A model generated the notes under the pieces. That model was not told the DNA's origin, ran no database searches, and saw only the letters and a list, made by a program, of their open reading frames with translations. From contig OZ249439.1 of NCBI GenBank assembly GCA_965235115.1, positions 12,276,001-12,340,000 on the forward strand: a stretch of 64,000 nucleotides of DNA, written 5' to 3'. Made by a program: the position numbers and the translations under genes. Numbering within the stretch: the stretch's first letter is position 1; each line of letters begins with the position of its first letter. Below, piece after piece: positions 1 through 11,860 of the stretch. The DNA is from Laetmonice hystrix (lineage: Eukaryota).

Positions 1-2076
1 CTCCATTTGGAACGCTATCGTCTGTTCGGGATCCACACAGTTTCTATCGCGCGCCTGTGGACATGGCTCAAAGAAAGAAGTGCCAGCCAGTTATAGCTCT
101 TATCAGAGGGATCAACCCATCTGTTGGTGCCAACAGGATGAGTGGCTTTGGGCTGACGTCTTGCCTTAGTTCTGGCGCCCCATCTCCCCCCACGTGCCCC
201 ACCAGCCTCCCCAAGATGGCGGTCCCCGGGGAAAGCAACTGCTCCCATTCGATACGCATCTGGCCACAAATCCCGTTTATTCCAAACCTTTTGATGGACC
301 TTGTCATACCAGCGATCACATTTTCATCCACGTGTCGTTGCCAGGAATACATCCAGATTGGAGCCTCTGTCGTAAATAAGATCATGGCCACACAATGGCA
401 GCCTACGATTGAGAACGTGATTACCTCGGCAGTCTACAGAATATGTGAGGGTCCTCTGTGGGAAGTCTTACCCTGCCCTCTCCTTGCCACGTCTTGGCAG
501 GTTAATACGACGTTAGGCACAACACTGAGAGCCCTTCCACGACAGCCTCCTTCAAATTAATGCCATTTGTAAGACATACATTCGCCACATTTACTTTAAC
601 CATCCATGCCTTGCGCGTTAGGGTTTGCAATATGTATTGCCAGGAATCTTCCCCTAGGTCTCTTCCCCTAACTAGACTTTCTAAACACTAACTCTTGGGA
701 ATAGGTAAGACTGAATGGATTCGGATGATATACGATGGCAAATAACTATTCCAAAATTAAGAAAAAATAAAACCAATATTATTATCTCTTTATCAGTCCA
801 CAAAATGCCCTAAGTGAAATATTCACATGTTGCACAATGGTGTGTAGTCATATTGAAGACCAGAAGCCAGGAAACAAAAACCGACATATATGGAACGAAT
901 CTGGACCTAACTGTTAGTCACACTCTTGCTTGCGTGTCGATGCAACAAGCAATAGGCAATCCAGCTTTTTCTCATTTTCTCGGCGTAATACTTCCGTGCT
1001 AATGACATCGTCATAGTAACTGAGCAGCACCAACCACGCTGCCACAATCCATTCCGTTCGCATCACAGGAAGCCATGGCCAGAACGAGGCTGGCAGCACG
1101 GCCTGGACGCCGTGACGTACATCACGTGATGGACATGCCGACCCACAGCGCTTTGATAAAAAGACACGCATGATGAAAAGTGTCACTTGGGGGCGGTTGG
1201 CTTCATGCGGTAATTGGCTAAGAAAGAAAAAACCACTTGAGATGCCTTCCAACTGAGGTGGAAGCTCTGTAGAGACACACAAATGTCTCCTGACGTCCCT
1301 AAGGTGCATAGACACAGACGGCAGGGGGGGGGGTCCTCACAGCCTGAGCCTCCGTCAATTTTGTTCACGTTTCGCAAACGTAAACATGTCCCTTGTTGTG
1401 CACGCAATATGAGGCAGACATAGAACTTTCACACTCTTTCACTCAATCCGCCAGAGAGCTAGATTAGAATAAATAAATGGAATGTTTAAAGACAAATGTT
1501 ATGGTATAATATATTCATGTTCTTGATTATCGGTCGGGCTTATGATAGCATTGTTAGCTTTGTGTCTCATATAAAGAAATAAAGAAATAAAATAGTTAAT
1601 TAGTAAATAAATTTAAGAAACGGAGAAACAAAAAAACTTACATTTGCACGACCATGGCGTGTAAGGTTACTTTGTGAGCGATTACATCTGACCCTCGTCT
1701 TTGTCTTTATTGGAGAGTTGTGGTTGCCATAACTACGCAGGTGCTGAACCCCACTCCTTGTGACGTCATGGTCAAGTTTTTGATGATTGAAAAAGGTATA
1801 GAGTTGGCTTTAACCTGGAGGTTGATGTTTAGATGATTGGAGACAGAGCTGTGAGCTGTGGTCGCAGGTTGAGGGCGCTGACGTCTTTCAGTCTCTAAAA
1901 AACAAGTCAATGAGAAGGTGGTTGTTACAGATAGCACTCGGAATGCAATATGTCTTCCAGAAACAATTTCATTTTCCAACTTGTGGCTGATATTCTAATC
2001 GAAGAGTTTTCGTCCTTGACTTTGTTCATGGCCTTTCAATACGCACATGATTAAAAACGAAAATATCAGAGCTGCA

Positions 2077-2476
2077 TGTGATACGATAGGCAGTTAACAA
2101 ACCGTTACCTCACTTCATTTAAATTATGTGATACGATAGGCAGTTAACAAACCGTTACCTCACTTCATTTAAATTATGTGATACGATAGGCAGTTAACAA
2201 ACCGTTACCTCACTTCATTTAAATTATGTGATACGATAGGCAGTTAACAAACCGTTACCTCACTTCATTTAAATTATGTGATACGATAGGCAGTTAACAA
2301 ACCGTTACCTCACTTCATTTAAATTATGTGATACGATAGGTAGTTAACAAACCGTTACCTCACTTCATTTAAATTATGTGATACGATAGGTAGTTAACAA
2401 ACCGTTACCTCACTTCATTTAAATTATGTGATACGATAGGCAGTTAACAAACCGTTACCTCACTTCATTTAAATTA
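2077..2476. repeat. Minisatellite, 50 bp x 8
   Basis: Unit TGTGATACGATAGGCAGTTAACAAACCGTTACCTCACTTCATTTAAATTA repeated head-to-tail; only units 6 and 7 carry a C>T variant. Confidence 0.97.
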
Positions 2477-2937
2477 ACTCATTAACAAATGGACATGGCG
2501 ATACTGCGAAATTAAAAGACTTGGCGGATTTCCCAAATGGATACTTTCTCCTAGAATAATTTCTGTCTCGATGTAATACATGCAGTAAGCAGCAGGCGTA
2601 CATACCACCTCCACAAATATTCTTTCTATTTATACTGATTTATACAATGGGACATTCCTAAATCGCTTGTTTACTCCTCTAACCTTCGCAGGTCAACAAA
2701 ACAAGAAAACACCCAATACTGAGTTATTTCTGAGAAATGCCCCTTTACCCACATGGGAGGTTCTGGTCATTGGATGATTTCAGTGATTATGCCTGCTGCC
2801 TCCACTGGCCACGGCCGGCGTATTCTGCCGATGTGTCTCATTTATTGGGACTGTTTACTATGATAACCACGTCCCGTGTAAGCACACGGCAGCCGTGAGT
2901 ACCGTCTCCAGAGGTAACACTGGCAGTCTGATTACAG

Positions 2938-3115
2938 GTGCACCAATTCCTGCAGCTGATGAAGCATGAACGTGATGCAGATAGCACGTCCTCGGGCGAG
3001 GGATCCAACACAGACAGCGGGCGTGGGCCCAGTGAGGAGGGTGACCGCGACCACGGCCAGTCGAGGGACCAGGGACCACACGGAGCGCACGGCCACTCCC
3101 AACCACACAACACCC
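2938..3115 (+). CDS. Pcdh: Protocadherin-like gene A, conserved cytoplasmic (penultimate) exon
   Basis: Acceptor ctgattacAG at 2936-2937 with an in-frame TGA just upstream, so the frame opens at the splice site. Perfect donor GTAAGT at 3116. 178 nt, phase 0 to 1. Encodes VHQFLQLMKHERDADSTSSGEGSNTDSGRGPSEEG...HNT, 26/35 aa identical to the exon at 62101-61960 with many synonymous differences. DADS..SDSGRG resembles the protocadherin cytoplasmic CM1-type motif (recalled, not searched). Confidence 0.9.
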
Positions 3116-5499
3116 GTAAGTCACACATTGCACACACCCCAACTTCGCAAAGTCGGCAAGAAATACTGCTGGAAGAACAACTATTTGCTTAGTGTTACCT
3201 TACCAATAGCGGATCCAAAGGGAGTTGTTCAGACCCCCCCCCCCCTTCAGGTTATCTCCTGTTTTCAGTCGAGTTTTCTCTTTTTCGATCTCGTTATTTA
3301 ACTTGTCCGTTATCCCTGTGGGCGTTTCCCCCATCAAACCATCAAATAATTGAGCCATCGCTGCCTTACGGAAATAATCTAAAAAGGATTAGACAAAATG
3401 TGATATTTAGAATAATTTGGTTAGACAACAGTTCTCCCTAGACGTGTATGGCTTTATCAGATTGACCTTTGGTACCTAGCCCTAGACAACACAACTGTTA
3501 TAGTATTATGGGGCACAACACGACACTTTGCTGTAACTGTTCCGTTAGGAGAGCGATTAGGTTAGTCAGGCGTGTATAATGATACCTATAAATCGACGCC
3601 CACCTATTCATGCACGTGTGTAACATAATATTTGTCAGCATGAAGAGATTTCCTGATAGAATGTATAGTCAGCGAGTTTGTTATTAAGTTTCTGGTTTCA
3701 TAGTTTTTCGTCAGTTCTTTAGTCGTCCGTGCGTGCGTGGATTGCGTAGGTAGGTCTAGATAATATCTTCCGTTATATCGCTGTATGATATAACCTAATA
3801 TGTCGAGTTTGTAATGGCAACATGCATTATTATATTGTAAGACCAAAATGTACTTTCTTTAACGGTTTTGACTTATTAAAGCAAAACCTGGTTGTCGTGA
3901 CAGATATGAACGTGGGATACGTTGCTTTCTGTTGTTGACGAGACAAGACGCTATATTGTTTGGATTGCCACACATTGGTGGAGGGGAGGAAAAGTGAGAG
4001 AATTTCATTTACAAGTCGGGCGGGCTGTATACGTTTATATCTCGTTTCATTCTCAAACCTATGATTTATGTAGAAATAAAAGTCGTCTGAAGGACAATCC
4101 GACAAGCACATTATAAGGAGGCAGTAGTCGTTGACGTGAGGTATTGCCCGACGTAAACATCCGACCGACGCCACTTTCTTCTTGCCCCAGTTGTATTCCG
4201 GAAAGCGACGCTCGTCGCCCGGCCGCCTCAGCGTCTCCTGGTCGGTCTGGCCGGCGCTTGTTTTGACACGCTTGGCTAATGGAGGTCAGCCAAAGCCGGC
4301 TATCATATTTGATTCATAGTTGTGGTAGAATCTCGTCGTTTCTTGGGGGCCAAAAGTGAGCTGTTCTCTTGCGATATCGTCAACTGTATCTGCGGAGGCA
4401 TGGAGGCGGCATTATCAAGACGCCTTGGCCTGGCCACCTACGTGATGCCTGTCCATTTACCATTCGGGCGATGCACGAGACACACGCCGCAATCTCAGAG
4501 GCACCCAGGAGGGCATCTTACATTTCGTCGATTCAGAGATAACTGCCACGGGTGACAACAAAGAATAGCGTCTGTTACTGTTAGGTTTGACCAGAGGCAT
4601 GGGTCTGCATGGCAACGGTAAAAGTCAGTCTAGGGGAGTGTGCATGCAATGTCACTGTGGAGCGGCCGAGCAACAGAAACTATACAACAGGTGCCATTCA
4701 ATACTAGGATTAAGCATAGTCAACAGAATTTTGTTATCGTATTTAAAAGATATCACTGTGGAAGCAAAATTGTGACATTGCTGGAGATAATTAAATTATA
4801 AATACAATACAATGGTGAAATACTTCCTGCGAACAATGTTAGATAATTTAAATCCATAAAAAACATATAATTTAAATCCATAGAAAAAACATATTCGTCC
4901 GTCTTATGACAAAGCCAAGTAATATGAATCTGAAACAGTCTCTCTCAGAACTGACTCTAACAGTAAATGAGCAAATCCGATGTAGTGGCTCCTCACAGCA
5001 CCACGCCTGGGCTAATTGCTCACAGGAGATTCAGCGCCTTTTGATGTCCAGTTTCTACTGCCAGCATTGCGCAGTTTCTCCCTACACGTTCTTCTTAGAG
5101 CGCAACAGGAAATATTTTGGCGTCTCTTTTAGACATCAGTCGCTGGTTATTCCTGACGAACAAAAATTGTCCATACTAGCGGTAGTTGCCGGAACTACCG
5201 CAGTGCTATTTGTCGTTTCGTCTTCACAAATGAAACGTAAGAAATGAAGGAGTGCCAATTCCGGCTCCGGAAATGGAATAAGTTGTGCCCGTGTTTGCTT
5301 CGGCCATACGACTGGGTGACAGCGTTTGTGCTATAAACGCGTGACAGTGACTTCTGAAGGTCGGCCATAATAGATACACTGTCCTTGTGCAAATCCATGC
5401 CCAGGCTCGAGGAAGATTGATATGGCGCATCAAAAGTCGTGATTGGCAAGACGACAGGTCCTAACCCGATTCAACAACTGCACCGATAGGAAAAACTTT

Positions 5500-5537
5500 G
5501 AAGTGGCGCGGAACGACTGAAGTGGCGCGGAACGACA
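5500..5537. repeat. 19-bp tandem duplication
   Basis: TGAAGTGGCGCGGAACGAC x2. Confidence 0.85.
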
Positions 5538-6145
5538 GCCAACTTGGTGATTGGAAGTAATGCGCGGAAAAATTAAGTCGGCGGTGCATTTCGATTACGT
5601 TCTTTGCCTTGGGTCCTTTGTACTATGGATCCAACCTATCCATGATATGATGCAACTTTACTCTTTGGTTCAGAAGCTGTGTATACCTAACTACCGAGTA
5701 GTATGAACAGAGAGATCCCTGATGGAGCCGCGCAATTAACAGTAAACTGGAGGACAAGAGGTTTGCCAGCTGAGTGACGCGTCAATTACATTAATCAGAG
5801 GCGGGAACGAAAACAAACTAAATGTTACGGAGACCAAAGTGATTACCCTATACATCTGATCGACTGCATGAATGGTCTTTGTTTGGGACAAACGCCTGAT
5901 AGAATGAGACTCCTGGGCACAGGTGCTTGAGGACGGGAGCGATGACATTATTTCACAGTGTCCATTGTACCGACTTGACAGGCTTTAAAGGTATGGGTGT
6001 ATCTTAAGTCGCGATGTTTAGACAGGAAGGTGGCTTGACTGCTAAGGGCAGTATAGGTAGAGAATGAAAGATTGTACGGATTGCCTGGACGATTGACTGG
6101 TTGTCCCTGGTCATGGTTGGTTGGCGACTTGTCGGCGGAACCCAC

Positions 6146-6164
6146 TCGCGCCCTCTGGCAGAGT
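6146..6164 (-). promoter_or_regulatory. CTCF-like binding motif
   Basis: Minus strand CTGCCAGAGGGCGC, 1 mismatch to the core. Lies in the last intron of gene A. Confidence 0.4.
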
Positions 6165-8128
6165 CGATCGGCCGAAGGTCGTTCGTCAAAGAGTACGGTT
6201 GCGAGCGGGCCACAGACGACGGCATTCATTGGCTGCCTCGACATGAAGAGTAGCCAGACGTTACGATCACGGTGGTCTCGGTGGGGTCTCGCGAGAACCC
6301 ATCAATCACAACGTGCCGTCATGCTGTTTATAGCGTCTGTCCTTGACGTTGTCACAGGGACAAGTTGCCATCTGGGGATTACACATTAACCTCTCACCAG
6401 TACCCTCTACTACCCTGTTACTCGAAACCGGTGTACTACTATAATATTTAACTACAATATGAGTGGTGTTTGCATACAGCAGTAGCAAAACATAGTCCCG
6501 TTCGAACGTTTCAGGTCAACATTTATATTCCTACGAGTAATCAGTGGATGATAATAAGCCTTTCCTTGATGAATAGATGGGGGAGATGAGACCGCTGTGA
6601 AGACAGTGGGAGATGTGCCCAAGAAACATTAAGATAGTCGTAAACTGATAATGATACCACGGGACCATTATCAAGGCTCGTTTGACCTTCGAATGGTGCC
6701 ACCCAGAAGACCCATATACACATTCATGAGGTAATTCCGCCAACTGTGGTCGTTTGGGGTGAAAGGGTGCCCAGGTGTAGGGAAATCTACCGACACAAAG
6801 CCAGGCGACCCTCTTGAGGTAAACACCTCGGCTAATAGGTTGTCTGAATATTGGGACGAGGCGACAAGTATATAATAAATCTATTCAAGCAAACTAGTCA
6901 GATAAATAAAGTATCCATGAACGGCTGTCGGGGTCAGTTTATCAGGTGTCCCCGAACTCTCCTCCTCCATCCTCTGGCCATTCGTTGCCGTCCAAACATA
7001 GAAGTTTAACCTTTTAAAACAACCTGAATTTTCATCGATCAGTTTCCACTGGCGGGGCGTTGTTGGATAAAGGCTACCATTGTTTACTGGTTGAACAGCT
7101 AATCTCTTGCTTTCCTCTGCAGTGTTTTTCAGAAGTAAATTCTGTACCGGCGCAGTTCAGTGCCCCAACAGCGCATCGATTTTTGCGAGAGCGCACGTGC
7201 AGTATAAGTTAAATTTAAAGAGCGATTGAAAAAAGATGTATGGTCAGCAGAAGCTTTAGGAGGAGCAGACAATATATGGCGCCGTAAATACTGCAAGGGG
7301 GATATGTATCCGGCCTATCCAGCCTGTGCGTATCCTTGTACAATACACCGGTTCTATCTATAGTCCCCCGCAGCATTAAGGTTCAGTGACGGGGCAGGAG
7401 AATAGTCATATTACTTACGATTACATAACCAGTTTGCCAATTAAAAGCGTCCAATTATTCTACAGCTTTTCTTTGCCGGACAAAAGTATCCGTTTAAAAA
7501 GGTCATTCTGCCAGCTGCAGCACATTGTTACGTCGTGCTGGTCACACCTCCTGCTACAAAGCCCCCCAGCGGTGGCATTATTTTCTGGGTCTTCGCTCAT
7601 TAAGGAAGGGGTGGGGTTGACTTTCTCCGGACCCCTGGACTTTGGGATGGGTGGAGTGAGTGGGGAGTGTGGGGCGCCAAACTACGTGGTGACGTTATCG
7701 AACCCACTCACCTGTCCGCCGGGCACCGGGTAACTCCACCCTAATCACCCCATTACGGTGATGGATGGCGCGCCAGGGTGTGACGCTGGCTATGCCGGAT
7801 AGCGGCTTCTCCCCCACCCCCGAGGGTTCTACCCCTTCACCCTACACCCTGTCACCACAGGACGGAGACAAAGACCGTCTTCGGGCTCTTGTCAGCCGTG
7901 ATTACGCCTCTTTAAAGTCGGTAAATTGTAGGCGACCACGAACACCAAACATGTAGGGCCGGGTGTTGGGGGCGGGGGGCTATGTTAGCCCAAGTTACAC
8001 AAGGGTGATATCAGCTGTCAGCAGTGATTGATGGAGGTGCACACGTATTGTAAGCTCGTGGAACACTCCGCGGTACCAGTCGTGTTGATAATGACACACA
8101 CTCATTATTCCAATGTGATTGGTGCTCG

Positions 8129-8408
8129 CTCGAGTAACTTTCTAATGTACTAGTCACCGATGACTCGAGTAACTTTCTAATGTACTAGTCACCGATGACT
8201 CGAGTAACTTTCTAATGTACTAGTCACCGATGACTCGAGTAACTTTCTAATGTACTAGTCACCGATGACTCGAGTAACTTTCTAATGTACTAGTCACCGA
8301 TGACTCGAGTAACTTTCTAATGTACTAGTCACCGATGACTCGAGTAACTTTCTAATGTACTAGTCACCGATGACTCGAGTAACTTTCTAATGTACTAGTC
8401 ACCGATGA
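8129..8408. repeat. Minisatellite, 35 bp x 8 (perfect)
   Basis: Unit CTCGAGTAACTTTCTAATGTACTAGTCACCGATGA, identical copies, no spacers. Confidence 0.97.
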
Positions 8409-9468
8409 AATCTTCACATGCAGTCACACCCATTCTCCTGCTCCCGATCTTACACTCATTCTTCTGGGGGTGAGGGAGAAGAAGTTACTTGTCCTGGAGA
8501 AACCCCCTAGTTCCCTGGCAGTGAGGGAAACCTTACAAGGGGATATAAGAGGGTCAATTCGGCAAGGAGAAGGGAGAAATCTGCTCCAGATTCGGGGATT
8601 TACCCCCCTAAATCCCTTGAACCGTCTCTGGTATCCTTCGCTGACACACAGCGATTTATTGTTGCAGTCTAACCTGTCACTTCTATCTGAATTATTTTGG
8701 GAGAAAAATCCAAACACTCCACTGTACAACAGTGATTTTCTGAAGTTTATATAGACCTAATTATCAGTGCACAGAAGATTTGCCAGTCTATTCCCCCGAG
8801 TTGCTATCCTTATGAGAGCTATGATCAATGAGAAATATGACAGTTTAGACATTCCAATTCCTCTTTCACGTCACGTGGAATTATAGTGAAAGGCTCGTCT
8901 TAGTCTTGGATGCCAAGGTTAGGTGAACTCATACATTTTTTAATCTCACAGGAGAGTTATATATCTGAGAGGGAGGGCCGACACGCCCATGATGTAAGGA
9001 ATGAACAATACGATGTGACCGTACAGCATTTATTTAAGTGGGTCTTACGCACAGGCGCCACAAAACATTTTTCCTGAGAGAGTACAGCCAGGAATTATCT
9101 TTACGTGGAATGGGACTAAAATCTGATATAGGGACGTACCGGGGAGATACAAACGCTAAAGCTTTCCTGTAATCTATAAATTATTCATACACTCTGTTGC
9201 CCTGCGCATTTTCAACGCCACTGGTCTCATGGGTTGGAAACTTTACTGTAGGCCTTGATATTGCTACGATGTGTCGAATAGTATTAACCATTCTCCAGCG
9301 TAGATGTTATGTGTCGTATTACCGAGTTGTATTAACGCTTTCTTCTAACCTCACAATTAGGCATGCCTTCATAGTAATCCAGCATGAAGGGAACTCTCAG
9401 AATTCAGTTTCAACACCTTCTTAACGATTTCTTATGTTTGATTTGAAATTGAAATATTCCTTAGGTAA

Positions 9469-9926
9469 GGGGTCATCTCAAAAGTTCACACGTTTTTTCT
9501 AAATTAAATCAGTTTAATTTGGAGCCAGACCACCACCCCACGCCTATCTTAAAGTGTGAAAAACAATGGCTGAAAAATAGATGTACAATTATGATAACAG
9601 TCCTTGAATACCCCATTTATAATAGAGACCTGGAACTGTGTATTAGTGAACAATGACAATCAATCTGTTTAATATTGCACCAATGCTTAGACTCTAGTTT
9701 CAATATATACGAAATACTGCAGATGTATCTGATGCCTAGAAACTAACAGTTTTCAATTTCTTTGTTCATATTAAGTCCTTTTGAATTAGTAATATTGAAA
9801 TTTTATGAACTGATATGCATTCAACTTTTTCCTTTTTTACAAATTAAACTGGGCCTCAGACTACCACCCACTGTTTTAAACTGATTAAATTTAGAAAAAA
9901 AACGTGTGGACTTTTGAGATGGCCCC
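9469..9926. mobile_element. PIF/Harbinger-type MITE (458 bp) in the last intron of gene A
   Basis: About 50-bp terminal inverted repeats (GGGGTCATCTCAAAAGTTCACACGTTTTTTCTAAATT... / ...AATTTAGAAAAAAAACGTGTGGACTTTTGAGATGGCCCC; 3 substitutions plus a 2-nt indel). Flanked on both sides by TAA, the canonical Harbinger target duplication. No ORF inside. Confidence 0.85.
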
Positions 9927-10175
9927 TAACCAAGGCATAAGTTGCCACATGTGAAAGTGACTAGAAATCTGTATTGACCAAGAACTTCAACTTGTTGCAT
10001 GCTTGGTGCCGGACCTTGGTGCCGGCCCTATGACCATAGAGTGTGTATAATACATGGATGTATTCATGGTAAAGCCTACATTTCAGCCACCTTGGCTGAA
10101 ACCTGTGACTATTGCATGTGTTATCTTTGTGCCATGTCTAACGCCTGTGTGCCATATCTGTTTGTGTATTTGCAG

Positions 10176-10876
10176 TGGGTCGCGGGGTAACAGCACGTCC
10201 ACCCACGAGGGCCACGGAGAGCTTCGGTGGTGGCCACACGCCGAGCTCGGTGGTGGCTACCCAGGTTGGGGTACCCCAGCCACCGCCGCCACCGCTGCAG
10301 ACATTCGGGGCGGGCCCGCTCGGGCCTGGCCCACACGGATCTGGTCTGCACTGCTCCAGCTCTCCGTCGACCCATTCGACGCCCAAGAGGGTGACAATTG
10401 CCCCTCATGCTCTTGTTGACCCTCCTGGAAAAACGGGTAGTTTAATGCGTGCTGTGCCCGCCAGGGTAGTCAGCACTGAGCATGGACCTCACCGGACATA
10501 CGGGTACCTGCCGGCCAGGGACCCTCTTTCACATCACCCCTACTCTGGCACAGACAGGGGGTATCATACTGTGAACCCTCGCGGGGGGAACCCCCACCAA
10601 GTGTACCCTAGTGACCGTAGCCGAATGGCCAATATGCCACAGACTTCTAACAATTCAAGCGAAGCCCATCAAGTACATTCTGCGACACTCTCACACCCAC
10701 TACACCATCATCCAACATTACCACACCAGCCTTCCTCTCAAGGCTCGCAAGGGTCACAGGGGTCACAGGGGTCCCAAGGAGGCAGCGACACAAGGAGTGA
10801 CTCGTCGTCTCTACAAAGCAGTTACGCCTTACGATTACAAGAAGCGGGCGAAATATCCAAAGACGTTGTTGTATGA
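10176..10876 (+). CDS. Pcdh: Protocadherin-like gene A, terminal coding exon (Pro/His/Ser-rich tail, SQG repeats, C-terminus KDVVV)
   Basis: Acceptor tttgtgtatttgcAG at 10174-10175. The phase-1 start joins exon 2938-3115 in frame (C+TG = Leu). About 233 open codons, the longest non-repeat ORF in the window. Ends DVVV*, matching DLVV* of the paralog. Contains LQTFGA (WIRS-like) and PPPPP. Confidence 0.82.
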
Positions 10877-11802
10877 ATATATACTAATTAAATGTCTTGT
10901 GACTGACGGACATGGAAGGATGCTCTCCCAGCTACAGCAATAAGGGCGCCACGGATTGGCTGCTGTCGTTCTTCAGCCGGAAGTGACGTCATATGAGTTC
11001 GGAGGTCATTGCGATGGTAACCTCTCAGTTCTTGGATGACATAATTATTTGCTGCGTCTCGGATTACTTGATATGGCACGACAAGCATTGACTGAGTCGG
11101 CTCGTTAATCTAAGCGTAGATTATCCTCTTGCGGTTGACATCCGAAAATGGATGCCTTTCAGGCTGTGCATAGGACGTAAGGTCAGAGACCCCGTGAAAT
11201 TCTATAATATCGTTGTATAAATTAAGCATTTCGAAAAGTGTACATATATTGAGGATTTATAAAATCATTGTGTTTGTTGGCCATGGGGCGTTAAGGGGGT
11301 GGGTCAGCATGAGGGGTGGAAGTTTTTGCCCAAGTGGCGCTGCTTGTAGTGCCCCCAGCTCCTGACGTTAGCGGATACCTAATCCATGGCTGTCGGCTGA
11401 GTACAGTCAATCCTTCATCTGTTTATATCGTCTCGCGGGTCTCAGGTCATCGTCTGGCCGGTTCCCTGTCTATAATATGAAACGTTTCGTGATCTCACGT
11501 GTAACCTAACAAGACACGCTCATTCATTAGTTGTCATTTGATTATTGATATCCGGGTATCTATTTCTACGCCAGCATTGGTCACGTCACAGAGTCAGAAT
11601 ACTTATTTAATCAAAGTGACTGTAATATAGGACGATCATATGAGTGAATGATCAAAGTGCGTGGTTAGAATCCACAGAAACCCCATATTAGGGTTACAAA
11701 ATGTATATTGTAACCGAATACAGAACGGGCTACGTGGATATACGAATACAAATGGTGCACCGGGAGAGTCTGGCACTGTAACCGAAAATATGATACAGTA
11801 CA

Positions 11803-11860
11803 AATAAAATGTAAATCTGTGTATTTATAATGTGTAAAGTGTGCATAAAACAAAAATAAA
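11803..11860 (+). terminator. Candidate poly(A) signals of gene A
   Basis: Two AATAAA hexamers (11803-11808, 11855-11860) about 0.9-1.0 kb after the stop, in an AT/TGTA-rich 3' UTR-like tract and followed by GT-rich sequence. A TGTACATA Pumilio-type element lies at 11239-11246. Confidence 0.45.

Noticed and set aside
57-560. 167-aa ORF and overlapping antisense ORFs at the window start
   Set aside because: No recognisable domain, no cadherin motifs and no convincing splice signals.
8129-8408. CRISPR-like appearance of 27-50 bp repeat arrays (also 2077, 52356, 55298)
   Set aside because: Units abut directly with no unique spacers, there are no cas genes, and the context is eukaryotic with introns.
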